A stretch of DNA of 64,000 bases from Sarea resinae. Lineage: Eukaryota. The notes beneath the pieces were generated by a model. That model was not told the origin of the DNA. It saw only the letters and a list, made by a program, of their open reading frames with translations, and did not search any database. Shown here in pieces: positions 1 through 11,074 of this stretch; within the stretch, counting starts at the first letter, position 1; each line of letters starts with the position of its first letter. The position numbers and the translations under genes are program-made. The stretch spans positions 186,001 through 250,000 of the forward strand of contig JAPEUD010000016.1 in assembly GCA_026026165.1 (NCBI GenBank), written 5' to 3'.

Positions 1-25
1 CACTCTACTAACACGGTGCGAGCAG

Positions 26-467
26 CTTCCTTCGCTGGCGCGTCGCCTTGATGGAACACGCCATCTCGCACCTGAACCTGTCCGCCGCTACCACCCCGAT
101 CCCAGACTACTCGGCGACCTCGCCGACGCACGACCCGCACCAGATGATCCAAGTGCACGACTACCTGTCGGTCAAGTTCCTGCGCATGGACGCCCACACG
201 CGCGCCGCCTCGCGCAAGACCATCGACACGTTCGCCGCCTACTACCCCGAGATGCTGAGCCGCAAGTTCTTCGTCAACGTGCCCGTGGTCATGGGATGGG
301 TGTTTGGCGCCATGAAGCTCGTGCTTGCCAAGGAGACGGTCCGCAAATTTACCGTGCTGAGCTACGGCGAGGAGTTGGTCGGCGAGCTGGGGAAAGATGT
401 CCCGCGTGTGTATGGTGGGGACGGAGAGGCGCTGAATCGGGTGGGTGACACCGTGAGATTGGCGTAG
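26..467 (+). CDS. SFH5: Phosphatidylinositol transfer protein (CRAL-TRIO/Sec14 family), last exon; gene starts upstream of the window
   Basis: CTAAC branch point and CAG acceptor at 23-25, then FLRWRVALME...QVHDY...YYPEMLSRKFFVNVP..MGW, typical of Sfh5; stop at 465-467. Confidence 0.85.
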
Positions 468-1021
468 GGCAGCTAACGGCAAAGCTGGGGAGGGAGGGCG
501 AGATGGAGAGGAAAGCGAGGCCGCTGAGGTGTATGGCTTGACGTCTGGATTCTCTCGTTGTATGATTTCCTCCATTACTCGAAATCCTTGTATGATTTCC
601 CCTCCATTACTCGAGATAGTGCTACCGAAGATTAAGAAAATTTCAACTCCATGAGAAGAACTGCAGTCCGCCGTGGGGTGCCCCAGAGAAAGGATACAGT
701 ATGTGGTCAAACATGGCAGTCAATAGCTGAGTGTCTTGCCTCTCTGAAGCAATGATTTGAACAAGTCTAGATCCCTAACGCTGCCCCTTTTCATTGTATC
801 AAATGAGCAATAGACATGAAGAAAAAGCAACGAAAGAAAAGACCAATTCCCAAAATGTTTCTATTGATAGCATGTTACTCCGTCCCCGTTCATCAGATCA
901 TTCGCTGTGACATCCGCAACAAAAGCTCTCTAGGCAGTATCGCCTTATGAAGCCTAAATCGGTCGTAGACCGGACACGACCTCGCCCTTGACAGGAATCG
1001 TTCATACCCCCGTAAGGACCT

Positions 1022-1891
1022 TTATGGCCCTTTGGGTGCCTGGCAGACGCCCCCACCACAGTTTGGATCATCATCATCCGGCGGTGTCGGGTCACCGTAC
1101 TGCGTGCCGCAGATGACGGTCCAAAGGTTCTCGGTCGCGAACCAGGAGTAGCTGTCGGCATTATTGGTGGCCTCGTCCTTGTCCATGGCGCGGACTCCGG
1201 TGGGGCCATAGGCAACATCATCGGTTTCCTTGCTCAACGGCGGCGCGACCAGCGACAGCCAGTGCGTATACTCGTGCAGCAAGATCGAGCCCAGCGTCTC
1301 CATCTTCCAGGACACGCGAGGGTCGAAAGAGCCGCATTCGATCGCCGCGACGCTGCCGTAGCCCTTGCCTATGCCGCCGTGGCCGAAAGCGGCCGGGTCG
1401 CACAGCACGATGGTCGGGTTGGCGGTACTCCAGTCGCGCAGCTCGGCCATCGTTGTTGCGTCGCTACAGGTCAACTCGCCATTGGCGTCTGGGAAGTCCG
1501 GCTTGATTGTTATCTGGGCAAGCGTATCATTGCCTTGGTCGCTATTTGCATTACCGCCAAGTATGGCGTTGAAGACGCCTATTTCCTATCAGCGGGTTTT
1601 CCCAGGACTTATGCGAGGAAGGGACTCACTATTGACCAGATCATGGTCACCAGCGTTGAAATACTTGGCAAAGATTGGGTCTACTGAGCTGCTAGGAATA
1701 GTCACGGCATAGCTGGCAAGCTCCAGTGCATCCCTGAATGCGTCTGTGATCTGAGTCGTCTGTTGAGGGGAGAAGCCCGCGGCGATCGTAGGAGGTGCAC
1801 GCTTCTGAATCGAACGAGAAGGCGGGAGAGTAGGAGCAGCGAGCGTGTATGTGACGAACAGGCCTGCAAGTATCACGCCGGTTGGAAGCAT
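1022..1891 (-). CDS. Secreted M35 (deuterolysin/lysine-specific metalloendopeptidase-like) zinc metalloprotease, 2 exons
   Basis: Signal peptide MLPTGVILAGLFVTYTLAAP and a KR site; GT-AG intron about 1629-1579; HEYTH zinc motif, D..AYG and NNADSY aspzincin motifs. Confidence 0.8.
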
Positions 1892-3218
1892 CTTGGTAAA
1901 GCCGACGTTTTGCTGTAAATAGGGCGACCGAGTCAATGTTTGAGTTGAAGAGCTTGAAGAATCTGATGGTGTTGTTGGGTCAATATCTTCTGATGTGTGG
2001 CAGATGCGCGTCTTCTTATACCTTTCGAGTATCATTCTCTTGCTCTCGATGCCAGCCATCATCAATCAGAAATACTTGCTGATTATCCAACATCGGCCGA
2101 AGACGAGGAGGTGAGGCTATTGCTGGCCCGGCCAACATCGGGCAAATACGAGGATGCGGTGGAGGCATTGTTGGTCCAACCGATATCAAATAACGACGAG
2201 CGAGGAGAAGCTGCCTTGGCTCAGCCAGCATGAGCACGAGGCTGGTGAGACATCCCGGTCCAACAGATATCAGATGATGAAAATCTAGGGGAGAAGCTGC
2301 TATGCCTCAGGACGTGAAGAAGAATGCAGGTGAACATATTACTCGTCGATCCAACATCAGTCAGGCAGAGACGAGGATCCATTGCTGTGCCAGCCAACAT
2401 CAGATACTGAGACAAGTCAGAAAAGCTGCTGCGCCTCGGATGCATTGAACCTTTTGATGCAGAAGAGGCTATTACGGGACCGCAAAGATCGAACAATGAC
2501 ACGGTTCTTCGGAATCCCATCTCATCACTCGAAATTAGTGCTCATCCCTGTAGAAGCGGAGTCTTGAATCGACCTTTGTAGAAGACATCAAGGAAGCCGA
2601 AAGAAAAGTGCTGGAACATTCATCCAACAGCAAACATGTTCGAGTCCGGTCAGGCCGAGTGACGATAGAAGGTTGACCATAGAGGTAAAACAGCTGTACT
2701 TCCAGATTGTTTACCCATGCGGAAAGCTACGTAATCGACAAAGATAGAGACGGCGAGAATATACAATTCCGTGCGTGTTCGATCCTCAGACGATCTCGTC
2801 GTGGTACGATTCGTTGTTGAGATGCGCGACGACTGAGAAGACTTACATCCAGGTAGCTAAAATAGGGCAGGCTGACAGCATGCAAGATGCCCGTCACATT
2901 AGGTCGATGTTGCTTATCACTTATCGCCTTGCGTGGTGCGACCCCGCGTTGGACCCCGCCACTCTGCCTCAGCCCTGCGCTACTCCGCCCCGGTCCCGAT
3001 GATCATTTTTAGCACCCGACGATCCAATTTCTAGTTGTTGTTGTTGATGAGGCGCGACCAGCATTTGATATTTAAGGGGTTACCTCACACCGCCAAGCTC
3101 TTTGTAGACCATCAGAGATAGACACTCATACCTCACCCTTGAATACGTTCTCTCGTTCATGTTCCTCGCCATCTTCAATCCTCTCGTCGCGCTCACGGCA
3201 CCGCTGTATACGACTCGA

Positions 3219-3785
3219 ATGGCCGACTCGGCGTCCTCCCCGCCATCCATCTCCGTCGACCTCGCCATCGACCCTCCAAGCTTCATCCCCGGTGGCTCCG
3301 ACCCTTTGCCGTCTCTCTCCATCACAGCAACCTCCCATGCGACACAGCCGATCACAATCTTCACCTGGCCCACCGTCTTCAACTTGGACCTGAGTCAGAA
3401 ACGTGCCAACTTTACCTGCCTCGACCTGACATCCGACGCTCCGCTCCGGCTCGAGCTCACCAAGGGTCCCAAGCGGACCGCTTTCAATCGCGAGAAGGGT
3501 GGTTCCGACGACGTCTTCTTTCAGACCTTGGAGCCAGAGACCCCGACCACGTTCAAGGCGCCGTTCAAGCTCGCGTGCCGGACGACGGAAGGCAGAGATG
3601 CCATTGTGCCGGGACATCGGTATCGCTTTGGTGTACGTGAAGGAGAGCAGGTGCCGTGGTGGCGCTATGGCAGCAAGGAAGACGTGATGGCACCAGCTGG
3701 GGAGTGGGCTGGCTTGGGCGACCCTAGCGGTGGGCCTCTGGCTTTGGGAGACGTCGCTCCCGTCGAATTCGAGGTCAAGCAATGA
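3219..3785 (+). CDS. Hypothetical protein, single exon (alternative start at 3159)
   Basis: Open GC-rich frame with protein-like composition (PITIFTWPT...YRFGV...WWRYG.KEDV); no family recognised. Confidence 0.6.
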   Translation: MADSASSPPSISVDLAIDPPSFIPGGSDPLPSLSITATSHATQPITIFTWPTVFNLDLSQKRANFTCLDLTSDAPLRLELTKGPKRTAFNREKGGSDDVFFQTLEPETPTTFKAPFKLACRTTEGRDAIVPGHRYRFGVREGEQVPWWRYGSKEDVMAPAGEWAGLGDPSGGPLALGDVAPVEFEVKQ

Positions 3786-5614
3786 GTTTGTTTGTCGTCT
3801 ACAGGATTAATGGCGGAGCATGATACAACTTATAGCTTATCAGTCCTTGTGATATCCGCGCACAGACTTTCCACATTCAAAGCACGATTGAGCGTAGAGT
3901 CCATCGATTCTAGCTAGACGAGCAACAAGCCATCAAACTATCCCTCCCATCATCTCCGGTCTCTCGCTCTCCAAGCCCGTAATCTACCATCGACGCCCAT
4001 ACCTACCTCCCGTTCTATTGCTCAAAATCCGCACACTCTGCCCATTTGCGTCAGTCCCGTCCATGCACCAACCGCCCCGCAAACCGGCCACGTCTTTTGC
4101 TTAGTCGACAAGACTCGACAGTAATAGGCTAGATCATGATTCTCCGGCCTTTCGTTCTATAGCGCGGATTAGGGGGCAGCCAGGGAGGCTGGGGCGGCGA
4201 TCGCAAAAAGAATCGCTGCGGACGGTGGTATCGCGAGGCAGTGAATACCGATTGCCGTGACGAGCAGTCGACTGCCCAAAGAGCTAGCACGGGTGGTCTC
4301 CTCCCCGATACAATGTGTCAGGAATGAAGCTAACGCTTGACGGCTAGGAGTTAGCTACAAATGCTATTAACCCTCGGCACTACATGCATAGAAATGCGGA
4401 GAAAAAGCGTCCTCTCTATTGCAGGTATGTAATGAGATCGTGACATTCTTCTATTCACTGTTTAGGACGGCACAACTGCCTGGATTGAGAAGAATCACAC
4501 TGACGACCCCAGTCAATCACTCCGCCGAACTTGCTGTCGAGTCGGTCAATCCACAGGAATGTTTCAGATCGATTATGGCGGACTAAGACATGCTTCCTGT
4601 CAATGTGATTCTGCGAGCCGACCCACTGCTTCAATTTCACTGCTGCAATTCACTGCTTCAAATCCCTGCTGCAGATTCCCTGCTGCAAACTCCCTGCTGC
4701 AAACTCCCTGCTTCATTGTCATCCCGCGCACCCATGTGGTTTTCCTATTTGGTCACCGACCAGGTAGTTATTCACAGCTCGTGCGACCAGCCAAAGCTCA
4801 CTATTTCAGCAACTTGGTCTGCCTTCCAGATTTTCTTTTCTTTTTCCTCTACATACACATACAAAGGATTTTCATCAATTCCATCAACTCCATCGCTTCT
4901 TATCAGTATCAATCGACTTCCACCCTGCGCACCATGGCCCAGCAAGTTGATCCTACTCTGACAGTGTATGAATATAGAGGTGGCATGGGTGTCGTACAGT
5001 GCTCAGGGAATGAGCTAGCAGGCTGAGATTGCAAACCCTTCCTATTTATTGCTGCAGGACTCTTCCTCTTTCTCGGTCCTTTTTGATTTCAGACACATTT
5101 TCAGAACATCAGGAAATCTGACCAGCGACACATTTCGCCATACCTTTGAACAAGGATTGTCATAACCGTACGACATATACATAAGGCATTCTGCTCCGTT
5201 CGCATAAGGATCAGGCCAGCAGCACGGCATCCACATATCGCTCCAGTTAGAGCTAGAAAATCGACGAGAGAATTCAACCTCGGAAAGCACAGCATGAGCT
5301 CTAGAGATCGTTTGGCATTTCGATCGAGATGCTACCAGGATGTTTGTTCCGGACGAGCTCAAGGCAGGCCAAGGAATCTGATGACAACTTCGCGCAAAGC
5401 TACAAGGTATCTCTACGCTGTCGCAAAAGAACAAAAAAACAGAGAAAAAGTCTCAAAACCAAAAAAAGAATAGAAAACGAACAGAAAAAGAACTAAAATA
5501 GATTTAAAAAAAAGGTTAAAAAAGATTAAAAAAGAAAAATAAATGAATACGACTGCAGAAACTGTGGTGTCAAAGTGTGAGGTACAGTGAATAGGCAAGC
5601 CGTGCCTAACCAGT

Positions 5615-8250
5615 ATGTTAGGTGCGGTCAATACGGACGAGCTAGCCTTGATCCAGGACATGCTTGTTGCAAACGCGGTCCTGGACATGCACGACAAAAC
5701 TACGGCTACGGTACATGGGACTATCGCCGACAAGCGTCTGCGATATGTCGATCTGAGTCTGGGAGCCTGGATGCTAAAGGTCGCAGGGCTGCGTGGACAG
5801 ACTGATGCACCTACAGATTTTATAGATTTCAGGGATCTTTTCAATCAGTATGCTTCAGGCGATCTGGATTCTGATGGCATAATCAAGTTTCGTGCCGAGA
5901 CGAAGAAACTCCGACAGCGTGTTCTGAATATGGCGCATGTGATCTTTACTACCTGTTCGAACGCGGCCGATGCGTTCCTACCTGCAGAGGTAGAGTTTGA
6001 CGTCGTGGCAGTTGACGACGCCGCCAAGTCTAACATGGCGCACGTGATTTTCACCACCTGCTTGAACGCGGCCGATGCATTCCTACGTGCCGAGGTAGAA
6101 TTCGACGTCGTGGCCGTCGATGAAGCAGCCAAAGCGGCAGAGCATGATCTATGGAATGTTCTCGCCGAGTATCGTCCCCGAGTGGTGCTCATGGTAGGAG
6201 ATCAACGCCAATTGCATCCAATGGCGATAGCACCCCCGTCGTGCAAGTCGTTCACTGGAAATCTACAGATGTTTCCTTTTGCTCGGCTTCCTTTTTGTGG
6301 CCTAATGCAGATGATGTTCGAAATTCAGCATCGAATATTCCCCGCGCTTGGCGACTTGGTCTCGCGCCTCTCATACGAAGCCGCTAAAGCGGCCGAGCTT
6401 GATCTGTGGAGCTTTCTCGCCGAATGTCTTTCTCGCCGAATGTCGTCCCCGGGTGGTGCTGATGGTAGGGGATCAAGTCTCCGTTGTCTCGCCGTAGACT
6501 ACATCTATACTTTTCCCTGCTCTTTTCTTTCTCTTTTCTTCCTCGGCACTCTCGGCCATCAAAGCCCCACCTTAATCTCATTACAAACACTCTTCACCCA
6601 AAAAAAATTACAACGGCATCTATCCATGGAGAAGCACCTCTGCAGAGGTGCCTAAATTCTCACGTCCCTCTAGGAATCCCTAGGATAAGACTGGCCTGAT
6701 GCTGTGTTTAGAAAGGAAGTGTGTGCTGTGCACGTACAGCAAAGAGGAGCGGACCAAGTCCTACTGCACATGGCAGGATAGAAGAGGTCTCTATCACAGA
6801 AGCATATGGTCCTCTAGTGATCTGGAAAAGGACATGAAGGCCTCTAGGTGCCTGGCCTGGCCATCATACTACGTCCGATGGCCATGGCACCCCTGTCGAG
6901 CAATTCCTTCATTAGAAACCTTCAAATGTCCCCATTCACTCGGCTCCACATGCTCCATGGCGGGACCATGAAGAAATAAGGCTGGTGAACATGGCAGATA
7001 TGTGGTCCGCATATAGAGAATGAACATATATAGTTGTGCAGTGGTGCTTACCAAGCTGTGGGGAGGCTCAAATGCTCACAACGCACCTTCCCAAGCTATA
7101 AGGTACCTTCTTCGCCAGCGCTCGTCTGATTCTTAAACAGGTTTATCCACACCCAATGGCTTGGAGATTCAAAGGACAACCCACAGCGTCTCTCAGCGCC
7201 TTTTTCAAGCATGCCCAGTACGCTCAGCCAGCACTCCTTGAATATATCAATAATATTCTAGTTGATTGTCCTAATTCAACAGCGAACGGGCTTCGGCAAA
7301 GATGGCGGCTCCATTGCGTAATGTGAGGAAGACGCCTCCACACGGAGATGCAGAGAATCCGCCTCCAGAGCGTCGGAATCGAGTTCCACTTCGCAGCATG
7401 CCTCTATCAGGCCCTGGTATGGACTATTCACATGAGAAGAGTCTTATTGATTTTAACAAAAATTCAGGCCCGAACGGGGCTTATGCAAATTTTGTTTGAA
7501 GTCCAACATCGAATGTTCCCCGCCCTTGGCGACTTGGTCTCGCGCATCTCCTACGATGATTGTCTTCAGCATGCCTTTGAAAATGAAGATCCCCATCCGC
7601 TGACCGTGGCTCTGGCCAATTACAATCAGAACACATACGGCGTTGATTTAGCTCTGGTCTCCCTCGACATCCTGCCAGGGCAGGCTACCTGGGCGACAAA
7701 GTCGACTCAGAACGTACAGAATGCATCATACGTCCTACACTAATCATCTGCCAAATAGCCGCCAAGGTTATCATGCCTGCAGACATCCTCATTCTTACCG
7801 CCTAGAATGATCAGTTCCTCCTCTACCGAGCTGCGATTGCCAATCTTCAGCTACAAGGGTCTGGGATTGACTGGACGGATTACATGGTACGCAAAATAGA
7901 GGATTCCAAGGCCTGGAACGTCCCCTCTGCTTCCTGGATCTGGTAGTGACCAGTCACATATGCTTCCTGAACGAAGCGTCCAGATTGAACGTCGGACATT
8001 CTCGCGCAATATACGGATGCTATATCATCGGCAATATCAAAGGAAGGGAGCAAACGCCCATTGACCTGATTTGTTAAGAAGTTCCTTGGCCGCTTGAAAC
8101 AACACCGATTCGTGGCTCAGATCCTAGAGGTACTAGAGCTCGGCAATATCAAAGCGATGCAATGGAGTAGACGTCCACTAGTTCGATCTGTCAAGAAGTT
8201 CCTTGGCCACATGAGACAACACCGATTCGTGGCTCAGATCCTAGAGGTAC
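5615..8250 (+). pseudogene. Fragmented SF1 (DNA2/NAM7/UPF1-like, AAA_11/AAA_12) helicase relic with internal duplications
   Basis: VIFTTC...FDVVAVDEAAK (motif II), VGDQRQLHP (motif III), QHR(I/M)FPAL, RLNVGHSRA (motif VI). Broken by stops, frameshifts and duplicated blocks. Confidence 0.8.
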
Positions 8251-8462
8251 CAGAACTCTCAGTCGTCACAGGCTCGGTCGAAGAGCCAGATTATAGACGC
8301 GGACACAGAGACTGGAACAGTATGCCTGCTACCTTTCCCTACCACTGATTTCTCATTTCAAAGAGGACGCGCTAGGATGATAATACCACCGATCAAGGAG
8401 ATCCTGTAGCCGAGTCCGATGTGACCGAGAGCGGGGGCGATGAGGCTTAAAAGTCTAGGATA

Positions 8463-9530
8463 ATGATCGTTGGAGATATAGAGAGGGCTTACCACAATAA
8501 GTCCTTACACGAGCAACCTCTGCCTTGTTCTAGCCTGGCGACCATTGGAGGCGATCTGTCTTACAACGGGCCAGGGATCTACCTACATGTGATTTCGCCT
8601 GTCGACGCCAGTGGACGATACTATCTGTACGTCGGAAAGTCCACTACACTTCGAGATAGAATCAAGAACCACGAGAACCCCCGTTACCATCGTAACAATC
8701 CGGGACTGCATTACGCAACCTTGGATGAACACGCCACTAGAAAGTCGGTATTTGTTGTTTTGACTAAGACAGCCTTGGCAAATCAACCTCTTATGCAGGA
8801 CGAGCTATCAAAGGCGCATCTCATGTGTCTTTTGGACACATGGATGGCCCTAGTATTCAAGTCGCTACAACCGAAAGACGTAAACGCAATTTTCCCAGCA
8901 GATGTAGGCCTGGGGCACCTGGGAACTGGTCTGAACATTGGTCTCCCACTTACATCAGTCTCCCGCATGCCAAAGCGTTCAGCAATGTCAGCATTCGAAC
9001 AGCTGAGATTCTCGGCGGACCCCGCCGTACTTTCCTACTATAGGGCTCAACACAGGAAAGCCCAAGCCGTGGCGAAGGCGAATCAAAACACCCAGAAAAG
9101 GGACAAACTGTTGAGCGGTGGCGAATTTACCGTCAAAGGAGAATAGGGGACCCCAAAGCTGCAAGTTCCTTTGAAGCGCGGAATAAACATTATTCTGCCT
9201 GCGGCAGTTGTTGGAAGATACGGCCTCAATGTCAACGACAAGCTTCATGTACAGGCCGAACTGAAGGACGAGACTCATCCGCAAATGGCAGCGACAGACT
9301 GCGCCGAAGATGATGCGGCGCGACGACTTGGCATAAAGGCTACCGGGAGCACCGCGAATGGACATCCTTACGAGATCTGGCTAAAGATACGTGGGTCGAA
9401 AGCCGCTTGGCGGGTCATTTCCCTTGTCGACTTAGCGGCGTCCCCATTGAAGTTACCGAAAAGACCCCGCGAAGATTTTTGCAAGCAAATGGCACAAGGG
9501 GGCGGCCAAAGGACACGAGCAATGCCCTAG
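8463..9530 (+). pseudogene. GIY-YIG nuclease-like protein interrupted by one in-frame TAG (9144-9146)
   Basis: GPGIYLHVI...YYLYVGKSTTLRDRIKNH fits GIY-x-YVG-x-R-x-H. ORFs 8463-9146 and 9171-9530 are in the same frame. Confidence 0.65.
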
Positions 9531-10815
9531 CCGAAAATGTTATAGGTGAACACGCTTGAACGACAGGTTTCGGTCATGGGCGTGCAAGAAGATGATGAGA
9601 AAGGCTTCTACCACAGACGTTCATTGGACTGCCATGGCTCATGCCCTTCAGTGTCTTTCATTCAGCGGCGGCAATTAGAGCGTTGATTTTGCACTTCATT
9701 CGGGAGTTTCAGTTTGGGGGTGTCACTTGTTTCTGTGTGCGGGAATTGCTTGCTTTTCAAGAGTGGACGTTGTTGAGCCGGGTTGTGGAAAGACAATACG
9801 CCTCGAGTCAACGTGCCAGGATTGGTATTGGCTTTGTCGCCGGGTTTGCCATCGTTCGCAATTGATCGATTCATCAATGAGATCATGGTGTGTTTTCTGG
9901 TGTAAGAGTGAGATGAGCTGATGGAGATCTGAAGGATTATCAAAATGAATTGAAGATGGAGAGAAATGAATGCGCCATTCGGTGGAATATAGGCAGGCGG
10001 ATCTGTATGCTTCGCATTTGACATATCGATCGAGTTGTTTAGAGCTGTAGAGAACAATCAGTCTATACTAGAAAGAACGTTTCCATGAATGTCTGTTGAT
10101 AATCATATCGAGAACCCAGAATCCTGTCAGTCGCGCTGGTATCGAGTAGGGTCGATGCGGCTCGGCCTCGGTATTGGCGCACTAGTGCGCAAGAGGCGGT
10201 ACGAAGAGGCAGTACGAAGGTACGAGCTGGAGGTCATCTATCACCGACCAATACCCAAAGTCGCCCCGATACGGGTCCAGCCAGTATCGGTGATCACTTA
10301 TACGCCTAGCAATATGACTTGTACTGAGCTGAACGTCCCTTGGTGAAGCTCTCGCAGATCCGCCGCATTGAACCGTGGCCAATGGCGGCCGTGCACAAGT
10401 GAGCCTCGCGGGCTGGAAACCGACTGAGATATATTAGTTTTAGAGCTTCTACATAATCGTTTGCTGATCCTAGGCTTGTGATCATTGAAAGGGAAAAGGA
10501 AGATTGAGTAGAATACAACGAACGCTGTGCTGATTGATAGTGATAAAACCTTCGCACACTCCTTGCAAAAATACTTCTCACTGGACTAGCCTTATACAAT
10601 TATGTCTGTGTTATGTTTTTAAACAAAAGGTTTTTGCTAGTGCTTTTATAGATTTGTGTTATTATCTCTTATCTATCTAATAAATCTTACTGATACTAAA
10701 AGAGTGGTCGAGTTTTTAAATGTGTACTAGAATATCAATTATATTACCTAGCTACATTCTTCTGCTAAGTACTCGGTTGAGTTGAGAGGTTGAATAAAAA
10801 AAAGTCAAAAAATTT

Positions 10816-10914
10816 CGATGCCTGTGAGATTCGAACTCACGCGCCCGAAGGCACGGGCTATCAAAGAATTGATAATTTAGCAGGCCCGCGCGTTAACCAC
10901 TCCGCCAAAGCACC
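10816..10914 (-). tRNA. tRNA-Ser(GCT) with an 18-nt canonical intron at 37/38
   Basis: GGTGCTT TG GCGGAGTGGTTAACGC G CGGGC CTGCTA[intron]A GCCCG TGCCTTCGGGCGC GTGAGTTCGAATCTCAC AGGCATC G; long variable arm; downstream T-run terminator. Confidence 0.95.
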
Positions 10915-11074
10915 GGTTGAAAGATATTAGTTTAAAAGAAAATATATAGCCAAAACCGAGTCAAGTTTGCACTGGTAGGGAAATTTCGTAGACGAGTGTT
11001 TTAAAACTCATCGGCATCAATCAACACAGCATCATATGCTAACGCGCTGCTGTCATGGTACCAACGACTTATGA

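Noticed and set aside
558..614. 25-bp tandem duplication TTGTATGATTTCC(CC)TCCATTACTCGA
   Set aside because: Only two copies in a 3' UTR; simple slippage, not CRISPR-like.
5615..9530. Helitron or Starship captain call
   Set aside because: No HUH Rep, Pif1-type motifs or tyrosine recombinase were recognised, and no termini were found.
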